A stretch of DNA of 63,944 nucleotides, filler included, from Thraustochytrium aureum (taxonomy: Eukaryota), in NCBI GenBank assembly GCA_012862495.1. It is 8 parts of 4 records of this genome, joined end to end, with 100 filler letters (N's around TTAATTAATTAA, not from the genome) between each part and the next. Parts side by side here need not be neighbours in the genome. Positions count along the whole stretch, not along the records: positions 1 to 22,282 come from BLSG01000332.1; 7 more parts are not named here. The stretch is one strand, 5' to 3'. How positions within the stretch are numbered: position 1 is the first letter of the stretch; every line of letters begins with the position of its first letter. The position numbers and the translations under genes were made by a program. The notes under the pieces are model-generated. The model was not told the origin of the DNA and ran no database searches. It saw only the letters and a program-made list of their open reading frames with translations. Shown here piece after piece: positions 1 to 9,868 of the stretch.

Positions 1-1775
1 GCAAGAAGCGAAAGTGCGACTGAATATCCCTGGCCGCGCTCGAGTCGATGACGTCCGCTAGAGCGCGGTGGCGGCGCAGGGGCAGCTGGCCGCCCTTGCC
101 CCGCTGCGCATCGCCAAGCGTCGAGATCTTCCTCGAAGATGCGTAGTTGTTACCCCGCTCAAAGCGGGCAAAGGTCTTGGTGCTCAGGCGATTGCGCGTC
201 CGTGGTGGAGCCAGGCGGACTGGGGCTGCCAGCTCGCGTTGGATGCTGATGGCCGCCTCATGCTCGCAGTCTTGATCCGCCACGCGGAAGACGCGCGTCC
301 ACCGCTCGCACTTCCACCGGCGAAAGAGGCGCTGGATCCTGGTCACTGCGACCTCCAATTCCTGGCGCTCGCGCTCGCGCTGCAGAGTGCCCTGATGAAG
401 GATGTGCTCCCACACGAGCGACGGGACTTCCATCTCGACCCGGGTGGTCAGCGCGCGAATCCTGGCCTGCTCCACAGTGTCCCGCGTCGGGGCCAGGTCG
501 CGCCCTTTGACGCCGGGCGTGTCGTTGCGCAGCTTGACGCGCTTGAAGAGGCTTACGAGGTGGTCATCCGAAGCGTGCGACTTGCGCTGCTGCGCAGCCC
601 GCGACTTGCCCTTGGTTCTATCGCTGGCTTTCGGGCTCCGGGCTCGCGGCTTGGTTTGGTCGGCGCACGCCAGGCTCGCGTCAGCCAATACGAGAGCCGT
701 CTCAGGGTGGGCGCTCCCGCCATCGGACAGCTCGCCGAGCCGGCGCTGAAGGTACTGGCGGACTTTTGGAGCAGCCTCGCCGGTCGTGCAGGTTGGGTCA
801 AATACGAGGTACTGCTGGTCCTTCTCCTTGGCGAAGGACGACATGTCTTGTCGTATCGCTTTAGCGAAGCGCCTCTGCGAGGCGCGCTTCTCGCGCTGGT
901 GCTTGATCTGCTTTTGGGCCCGCAGCAAGACTCGCTGCGCTTCTGGGACGCGCTTAATGCTGGCATTGGCGAATAGGTGGACGACCCACAGCGCGCCCGA
1001 GTCCACCGAGTCCGGCTTGGAACTCGGCTGCAGCGCGACCGCCTCGTCGCGCTGGCCAAGGTAGGAGGCGTTGTGCTCAAGCGCGACCTGGNNNNNNNNN
1101 NNNNNNNNNNNNNNNNNNNNNNNNNNNNNNNNNNNNNNNNNNNNNNNNNNNNNNNNNNNNNNNNNNNNNNNNNNNNNNNNNNNNNNNNNNNNNNNNNNNN
1201 NNNNNNNNNNNNNNNNNNNNNNNNNNNNNNNNNNNNNNNNNNNNNNNNNNNNNNNNNNNNNNNNNNNNNNNNNNNNNNNNNNNNNNNNNNNNNNNNNNNN
1301 NNNNNNNNNNNNNNNNNNNNNNNNNNNNNNNNNNNNNNNNNNNNNNNNNNNNNNNNNNNNNNNNNNNNNNNNNNNNNNNNNNCCAGCAGCCGTGTCCTGG
1401 CCTCCACAGTGCCCTGAACCTTGCGTACTGTACCTGGTCGATGACGTTGAGCAGTGGATGGCCCCACGACATGCGCTTGACGCGCCGGTTCGAGGCGAGC
1501 ACGCGATTCCACACCTGGGACGGCTTGCAGTTTACCGGCACGCTGCTGGCTACCTCGCCCCGAGCCAGCTCTTCCTCGGTCGCCTCGTCCGTCTCTGGCT
1601 CTGCGGCGGGGTCTGGCAGCTGGACGGTTTGGCCAGCCGCTACGTTCCTGGCAATTTGCGAGCTATAGTGCCAGCTCATCCCGGACGCCGTCCGAGTCGG
1701 GCTTGGGCTTTTACCCCGCGCTTCTCTGTGCTGCGCTGCATCCCGCCCGGGCAGCGGGACTTGGTTAACGCCCAT
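1..1775 (-). CDS. IQ-motif (calmodulin-binding) protein, partial; runs off the left window edge; N gap 1092-1382
   Basis: Manual minus-strand translation from 1090 stays open to position 1 (missing from the ORF track because it has no stop). It contains IQ-like motifs AVTRIQRLFRRWK, AAISIQREL and AARDIQSHFRFL. The N-terminal part is ORF 1077..1775. Confidence 0.6.
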
Positions 1776-2384
1776 CCGCAGGCCGCCAAACCGCCGCCGT
1801 CCAGCTCAACTTTACAGCCACACACAGGTGCAGGGCCACGCAACCAGAATCAGCTGCCGCCGCTACCGTCGATTTTCTACAGCCTGTCCGTCAACTGCGC
1901 CAAGGGCGCGCGCAAAGCCGTCGTCCTCGGCGCCAGCGCACGTGCACGACTGCGTCAACTCTGTGGAGGAGGTCCAGCAAAGCGTCGCGCTCGTCGTCCA
2001 AGCCAGCGGTCCCAACAAGACAATCTGCACGTCGACCTCCCTCTTCCACGACGTCCACGCACGCGCTGCCCAGCCTCGAGCGCCGCCTCGAGCGCGTCTT
2101 TCGTCGTCCGGGGCGACCGACCCCGCATCGGCCCATCCGAAAAAAACAAACAGCCCCAACGCCAAGATAGCCGTTGCACTCTCCAAACGCGCCCGCCGAA
2201 CACTGGAGAATGCGTTCCCCTCAAAATCGGACATTCGGCAAAATATGAAGTGGACGACATACAGTAGGAAAGGTGAGGGGTATTTCCCCGGGCTAGACGT
2301 GATCGGACTGAGGAGTTGCAGGTCATTGTTGGACAAGCTGGACGCGCAGGCCACGATCGAGCGAGAGGTGCGTGCATGCGTGCA

Positions 2385-2440
2385 GGCGGCAGCAGCAGGC
2401 TGGCAGACAGGCAGGCTGGCTGGGCTTGGGGCAGACAGGT
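2385..2440 (+). repeat. Imperfect (CAGG/CTGG)n microsatellite upstream of the 2467 gene
   Basis: gcagcagcaggctggcagacaggcaggctggctggg read directly. Confidence 0.6.
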
Positions 2441-2466
2441 AGAGGCCGGCAGATTGACCTTTTGGC

Positions 2467-2904
2467 ATGGAGCGCACGTGGTGGCGCCGGGTGGCATGGG
2501 CGCTGGTCGTGTTTGAGGGCGTTTCGAACGGCGTGGTGTTTTGCCCTCTCGTGGTTGCGTTTCCGCGCTGGACGCTCGCTCAGTTCGCGGTGGAGAGCGA
2601 GGAGGAGCTCCAGGAGATCGCTGTGGAGGCGTGGAGGTGGTTTGGGACGATGGCGTTTGGGATGAGCGGCGTCGGGCTTGCGCGGGCGATGCTCGCTCGG
2701 TGCGAGACGACGGAACGCGTGTTTCTGGAAACGCACCTCGCCACGGATGTGTTGTACGTTGGCGCGACGGCGCTCTGGGCGAGCCGCTTGGGGAACTGGA
2801 CGCTGGCCGTGGTGCTCAATGTCGTTTATGGTGTTTTGCTCTTCTTTTGCCGCCTGGTACGGCTCCACGAGCTCGCTGTCCTCGCGCGTCCCAAGCAGGC
2901 GTGA
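2467..2904 (+). CDS. Small hypothetical integral membrane protein (about 4 TM, 145 aa)
   Basis: ATG-initiated ORF with four hydrophobic segments; no family motif recognised. Confidence 0.6.
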   Translation: MERTWWRRVAWALVVFEGVSNGVVFCPLVVAFPRWTLAQFAVESEEELQEIAVEAWRWFGTMAFGMSGVGLARAMLARCETTERVFLETHLATDVLYVGATALWASRLGNWTLAVVLNVVYGVLLFFCRLVRLHELAVLARPKQA

Positions 2905-4356
2905 GCTCCGCCGAGCGGCACAATGGAAGCTTGCATGGGGGGCATTCACCGCCGGAGGGCCCCTGGCTCGTGCGGTTGCTGTCCACGCACCTTCTGTGGC
3001 CTGCTGAAGCTGCCGCCCAGGTGCTTCGGCTGCTCCCGCGCAGCGCTTCGGTGGGATGCCACGGCGAACTATCAGAGTGAAACGGAGCTGGGCCAGGCCC
3101 GGGTTTCGATCAAAGCCTCCGCATGGGCTCTGCTGGTTTTCAGGGTTCCCGCTGCAACTCGCCACAAATTCTTTCTAATTGAACACGCCGTCGTCCTCGG
3201 CGGCGGCGGCGGCGGCAGCGTTGGCGGAGCAGGATCCAGCAGCAAAAGCTTCTGATGAGGAGAGAACAATCCTCGAATGGGTCTGTCCGCTTCCAAGCCG
3301 CTTCCACTCGCTTGCAGCCAGTCGGGTTCCACTGCGGCGCGACCATCCGTTTGGCTCGCACTGCACCGAGTCGGCGGGCCGATCTGCCAGTGGTACTACA
3401 AGAGAGTGTAGTACTCTAGCTAGCTGCTGCGCAACGCTTGTCGCCCTGTGGGGCTCGCTCGAGCGTTTGCAACCAATTGGTGTCGGCGCCTTTCAAGAAA
3501 CGGCAGCCAGCGCGCCGTCCCGATTCGGCGAAGCTGGCATGCCCCGCCATGCAAGAGGGGAGCTTGCTGTGACGGTATCCAGAACTGGGAGCTCAAGATC
3601 TCCAAGTCGGGATGCCATTGGATTCCCGCAGGGGCACACGACCATTCGTTTGGCTGTCTCGCACAGCACAGGGCCTGTGGGTCGATCTGAGCTGGTGCCT
3701 GCAAGACCGGATGTCGCCCTGTGGGGCGCACTCTGGGAGGAGCATGCGCAACTTGAATTGCTGCCGTGGAGCGAGCCGCATCGGCGACGCTGCCATCCTC
3801 CTTGCCGCCAGCACCAGTGACAGTCTTTTCCCGCCCGCTTGCCCGACCCGGACCGGAGCCTAGAATTCTAACCGCTCTCCGCGCCTCACGGCCGCAAACT
3901 GCAACACCGTACCACCCCACCTCACAGCAAAGCCGCTTGTTTCCGCCCAGCTTCTTGCGCCTCACTACAACGGGTCGCGGGTTCCCCTGTTCCCCTCCCT
4001 GCAGGCCGGCCCCTCCACACAGTCAAAAGCTAGTAGCAACCAGTAAGAAGCTGCTAGCTTCTCCGCTTGGAGCTGCCAGCTTGCGGCGAACAGTGCAGTT
4101 CGTTAGTATTGCCGAGGTGGGTGGGCAGCGCGAGCAGGAGGAGGAGGAGGAGGCCGCGGCAGAGCCCGAACGCGGGACGCCAGCAGCGCAGGCGCGNNNN
4201 NNNNNNNNNNNNNNNNNNNNNNNNNNNNNNNNNNNNNNNNNNNNNNNNNNNNNNNNNNNNNNNNNNNNNNNNNNNNNNNNNNNNNNNNNNNNNNNNNNNN
4301 NNNNNNNNNNNNNNNNNNNNNNNNNNNNNNNNNNNNNNNNNNNNNNNNNNNNNNNG

Positions 4357-7300
4357 GAGGCGATACGGCGCGGGCGTTCTTTCGGCCAGCAGGATGGCAG
4401 CCCCGTGCGGCCGCCCCGCAGGGCCGGCTCGAAGGCCAACTCCGTGCCGCCCTCCAGGGGCCGACGAGCTGCGCGGGGCAGGGCCGAGGCCAAGGACGGC
4501 GGCGCGAGCGCGCCAAAGTGCGCGATCAAGGCTGGCTCGATGCTCGATAGGCTGGCCGTGTCAGTGATGGTCGTGGACGAGATGGGCGACGTTGTGGAGG
4601 CCAACACGACGGCGAGGGTCTTGCTTGGCCTTGCGAAGAGCGACCTGGCCACGGCCAACGCCGTCAACCTCAGCGAGCTCATGTACGAGGAGGGCACAGA
4701 GACCGCGCTGAGCGAGGTGAAGGAGGACGTCGCGAAATGGCGCAAGGCGCCTGAGAAAGAGCGCAAGTGGCAGCTTCTCCACGAGTGGCTGCGCTGCGGC
4801 CCAACGCGCTGCGTGAGGCGCGACAAGGTGCTGCTGGAGCACCTCTACTTGACCGCGTACCGCCTCAAGGGCCCCGGGAAGCTGTACCAAGTCGTGCTGA
4901 CGCCCCTCGGGACCAGCGGGCCCGTGAGCCCAGAGGAGCCGGAAGAGCTGGACGTCCACACCGACGAAGGCGAGGAGGGAAGCGCCTCAGCCCTAACGCG
5001 CAGCACCGTGGCGAGCCTGTGCGGAAGCGAGGCCAGCAACGCAGGGTCGGCTGCGAGCGAGCAGGACAACGCGCCGTCGATGGTGATCACGGACGGCAGC
5101 TTTGTAATCCGGCAAACCACGTCCCGCGTTCCGGGCGAGTTTGGCTACGCGGACGGCGAGCTTGTTGGCAAGCCGTTGACCGACCTGATAGAGACCTCGG
5201 ACGGGTCGACCACAAAGTTTTCCCCCGACGGGCTCCCGCGCCTGCTGAGCGGCAGGAACAAGGAGGGCGACTCGCTCCGGTTTTGCGTCGTGATCCAGAT
5301 GGACGAAGACTCGGACGGGTACCGCGTGGTGTTCTCGGGGATCACTAAAAAGGAAATGCGCGTCAATCGCATCCTGGCCGCCATGGCGTCGCCCGTCGTC
5401 GTGACAGACTCCAAGATGCGCATTCAGTACACCAACCATGCCGCGCAGTTGGTGTTCGGCTACGAGATCAACGAGCTGCTGGGCAAGAACGTGACCGTCT
5501 TGATGCCCCGCAGCGAGGCAACGCGGCACGACGGGTACATCCGCCGCTACGAGCGCACAAAGCGGGCCCGCATCATCGGGCGCAAGCCGCGCCTCGTGGA
5601 CGGCCGACACAAGCACGGCGGGGTCCTCAAGCTTTTCCTGACGATTACCACCAACGACGAGTCGGGCGGCTACACGGCGGTCTTCACCGACGTGTCCGAC
5701 AGCTTTCGGCAGACCAAGGAGCTCGAGAGCATCCTGGTCTCCATGGCCTGCCCCGTTGTGATGGCCAACTCGGAGATGGAGATCGTGTTTGTCAACCCCA
5801 ATTTCTCCGAGGTCTTTGGGTTCACCGCGGATGAGGTGCGCGGCCAAAACGTCAAGATGCTCATGACCGAGTCGGACAGCAACAAGCACGACGCGTACGT
5901 GGCGCACTTTGAGACGACGGGCCGCGGCAAAATCATCGGCCAAAAGCCTCGGCTCGTGGTGGGTCGCCACAAGGACGGCTCGCGCCTCAGCCTGTACCTC
6001 ACCATCACCAAGAACGGCCAGAAAGGCTACACGGCCGTTTTCACGGACGTCAGCGAGGCCGCCAAGCACATCGAGCGCATCGAGCGCGTTTTCAAGTCGA
6101 TGGCCTCCCCGGTCGTCGTCGCCAGCCGGTCCATGAGCATAAAGTCGGTCAACCCGTACTTTGAGACTGTGTTCGGGTACACCTCGGAGGAGGTCAAGGG
6201 CAAGGACGTTTCCGTCCTCATGGGCGAGCGCGACGCCTCCCGACACGACGGCTTCGTCAAACGATACATCGAGACAGGCCAGGCGCGCATCATCGGCAAT
6301 CGGCCCAGGCTCGTCACGGGCTACCACAAGGATGGCACGCCGCTCAAGCTCTACCTGACCATCACCGAGTTCCAGGACGAGTTTACAGCCGTCTTTACGA
6401 ACGTGACCGAGTCGTTCAACCAGCAAGAGCGCGTCGAGCGCCTGGCCTCCATGTCTTCGCCCGTGTTTGTCACCGACGACGACATGCGCATCGAGTACGC
6501 CAACCACGCCGCCGTGGAGCTTTTCGAGTTTGGCGATGTTGACGCTCTAAAGGGGCAAAACATCACGGCGATCCTTCTCGACGTGAACGGCCAGCACCAC
6601 CCCGATTTTTTCAAGGAGGCCGAGGAGCAATCCTTGGACGGGGCGCGCGATGATTCGTGGTCGCCAAACCCCACCCCTTGCCCGTCGTGCGGGGACTCGT
6701 CTTTGCCGTGCACTTGCGGGCTGCAGGTAGCGCGAGAGGGCACCTCCTCGCGCTCCGGACTCTCGAGCAGCGGATTCGTGCGCCGGCACTGGACCGGCAC
6801 GCTCAGCGCGCTGGGCCGCGGCGCCTCTTTGAGCTCGGTCAGCGGCGCGAGCTCCTCGGGCCACGGGGTCCTCCTCGGCGAGCAGGGCTGTCTCCACAAA
6901 GCACAGCAACTCTGCCGAGAGCACCGGCGAGTCGAACAGCGTGTACAACGAGCAATTTGGCCGCCGCTTGCTGCGAGCNNNNNNNNNNNNNNNNNNNNNN
7001 NNNNNNNNNNNNNNNNNNNNNNNNNNNNNNNNNNNNNNNNNNNNNNNNNNNNNNNNNNNNNNNNNNNNNNNNNNNNNNNNNNNNNNNNNNNNNNNNNNNN
7101 NNNNNNNNNNNNNNNNNNNNNNNNNNNNNNNNNNNNNNNNNNNNNNNNNNNNNNNNNNNNNNNNNNNNNNNNNNNNNNNNNNNNNNNNNNNNNNNNNNNN
7201 NNNNNNNNNNNNNNNNNNNNNNNNNNNNNNNNNNNNNNNNNNNNNNNNNNNNNNNNNNNNNNNNNNNNNNNNNNNNNNNNNNNNNNNNNNNNNNNNNNNN

Positions 7301-9740
7301 NNNNNNNNNNNNNNNNNNNNNTCCCAGGTGATCCGGTCCGTCGCGACGACGGTGATCGTGACCAACAAGAACCTGCGCGTCGAGTTCATCAACCCCTACG
7401 GCCTGCGAACTTTCGGGTACGTGATGCGCGAGATCCGGGGCCGCTCCATCAAGATGCTCTCCAACGAGTTCGAGGCGCAGACTGCGCCGTCGGCCCTGAA
7501 CGCGTACAATTCCCTGCCCAGCGAGGGCGAGCACGGCACGATTCGAGCAAAGACCAAGTATGGGAACACGGTGCTGCTGAACGTCTCCGTGTCCTTTTCG
7601 GAGGGCAAGTACCTGTTCGTGCTCACAGACGTGACCAAGTCGCACACGCTGTTGCACAAGCTCAACGCCATCCTGCGGTCCACGCCTGCGCTCATGCTGA
7701 TTTATGGCCCGCCAAACCGCACCGTTCCGGATGACATACCGGGCGCCGACGAACTCTTGCAGTCGTCGCCCGACCTGCGCGAGCTAGACCAAGAAGCGAC
7801 GAGCCTGGAGGAGCAGGACCTACCCCCGCCCCCGCCCGACGCCGCCGAGACAGCCTCCACGAGCATCCCTTGGCGCGCCGAGGAGATGGTCATCACATTG
7901 GTATCAAAGTCCTGCTACTCGTTGATAGACCCGGCCAACGCGACTCCGGCGTCCTTTGTGGGCACCTCCCCGCTGCTGCAGTCGCCCACCTCGGGCTTTT
8001 CTGGCGCGTCCCCGCCGGCAGCAAAGCTGGGGTCTCCAAGGGTCGCAGACGGTTTTGAGCAGGGCAGTGACAGCGCGATCGCGCCCTTGCTCTTGTTTCT
8101 TGAGCGCATTTTCATCGAGGACCGCGAGCAAGTCAAGGAGATGCTCGAGCACGCAACCACGTGGCCCCCTGGTGCGTCGCAGACGGCCCAGTGCAGGCTC
8201 ATCATGCGCAATCGGCCCGGCGAGATCGAGCAGCTGCTGTGGCACGAACTCGCAGTCACAAACCTGGGCGACGGCGAGGTGTTCGTGAGCGGCCACAACA
8301 TCGAGTCGGACATGCAGTTGCGCGAGCGCTTGCGCTCCGAGCTCGTAGAGGGGTCGTCGCACCTGGAAAAGGCACAGCGCGACAACGAGCACATCCGCCG
8401 CGTTTTCGGGTACGTGTCGCACGAGTACCGCAACATGTACTTTGGTGCCCAGGTGCTCTGCGAGGACATCGCGGAAGAGCTGCAAGGCAGCGCCGTGGCG
8501 TCGCAGATGGTACAGGTGATCCGGATCCACAACCGGATGGGCCAGCTCTTCGACGACGTGCTCCTCATGCAGAAGATCGAGGCAAAGGAGTACCGGTACG
8601 TCCACAGCCTGTACAAGCTCTCGACCGTGATCGACGACGTGCTCGTCTACTCGCAAAAGCCGCGCCGGCTCAAGCAGGTCGTCAACGTGTCGTTTCGCGC
8701 AAACGTCGCGCGCGAGGCCATGCAGGCCGTGCTCCTCGGGAGCGCGACGCACCTGTACCAGGCAATAACCAACCTTGTCTCAAATGCCTTCAAGTACAAC
8801 CGCACCGACGGCAGCGTGTCGCTCGAGGTTGGCGTCGTAGAAAACCGGACGACGGCTGGCACCGCCGAGACTCCCGCGGAGGAGGGGGCTGTGGCGCCAT
8901 CTGCTGGCAGCAGTGAGGCCGCTGCCGAGGAGGGCACGCAGGCTTTGAGCGACAGCGAAGGGCTCTCTGTCGTGATCACCATTCGAGACACTGGCATCGG
9001 GATCCCAGCCGGAAAGCGATCCGTCATTTTTGAACCCTACAAGCGACTCGCAACTGGCAGCCACCGCGCAGGAACCGGCCTCGGCCTGACCTTTGCGAAA
9101 GGTTTATCGAGCGCGGCAACCGCGGCCAGATTTTCGCTCGGACAACGACGTGGGCGGGCGAGGGACCAAGTTCCAGATCTTTGTCCCGCTGCACAGCCTC
9201 GATGGCGGCAGCTTTGACGACGACGAGGCGAGTGAACGCGGGCTGGGGGCCGAGGGCAAGGCGAGCGTGTGCTCGGCGGGGAGTGGCGGCGAGGTGGACC
9301 TGGCCGCTCGTGCCGAGCTCAGCCTCGAGGAAGTCCTCCCCAATGTGTTCGACGTTCTCGTGGTGGACGACGACGACATCATCCGAGTCACGTTGGGCCG
9401 TCGGCTGCGCAAGATGGACTGGGCCGCCAAGGCTGGCCGCCCTCTGCGCGTCATGGAGGCCGCAAGCGGCGAGGAAGCGCTCAAGCTCGTTTTTGAGAAG
9501 GGGCTGTCTTTTGCCGTTATCACCATGGACCAGGACATGGGCGAGGGGTATAGTGGGTCGGAGACGATCAGGCTCCTGCGGGAAGGCGGCCACCACAGCA
9601 CCATCCTTGGGCTGACCGGGTGCGAGACGGAGAATGAGACCAACCAAATGATCGAGGCGGGAGCCCAGCGCGTCTTGGTCAAGGGCCCGCGCGTCTTCAA
9701 GGGCATCGAAGAGGCTCTCATGGAGACCTTGTGCGACTGA
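4357..9740 (+). CDS. Multi-PAS hybrid sensor histidine kinase (PAS x ~8 - HisKA - HATPase_c - receiver); start probably in or near gap 4197-4355; internal gap and indels
   Basis: H-box GYVSHEYRN, N-box YQAITNLVSNAFKY, G1 IRDTGIGIP, F-box IFEPY, G2 GTGLGL. Receiver VLVVDDD...ITMDQDM...LGLTG...LVKG in ORF 9093..9740. Repeated PAS units (SPVVV..IxxxN..FGY..ELxGKNV..LM). Indels near 9105 and 9133 and probably near 6890. Confidence 0.93.
5371..6420 (+). repeat. Three intragenic tandem copies (period 357-360 nt) of a FixL-like PAS domain
   Basis: His codons of RHDGY/KHDAY/RHDGF at 5527, 5887 and 6244; each followed by IIG..PRLV.G.HK.G..L.L.LTIT. Confidence 0.9.
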
Positions 9741-9868
9741 TGCGCGAAAGCGCCACGTCGCTGGTCTACGCAGTACAATTTTCTCTACTTCTAAGTTTAG
9801 CTAGCTTTTTCATCGAAAGAAGAAGAGTAACGCAATTTTGATTGATTCGATCAGCCAGGGTTTGGTTC

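Noticed and set aside
68..976. 302-aa + strand ORF and other long antisense ORFs (e.g. 4993..6507, 47790..49127, 56371..57522)
   Set aside because: Shadow ORFs of GC3-rich genes on the opposite strand; no motifs.
4357..9740. Bacterial contaminant contig as the source of the kinase
   Set aside because: It is contiguous with the eukaryote-type ABCB gene, shares local codon usage, has low-complexity linkers and shows no operon or Shine-Dalgarno context. Ancient HGT is not excluded.
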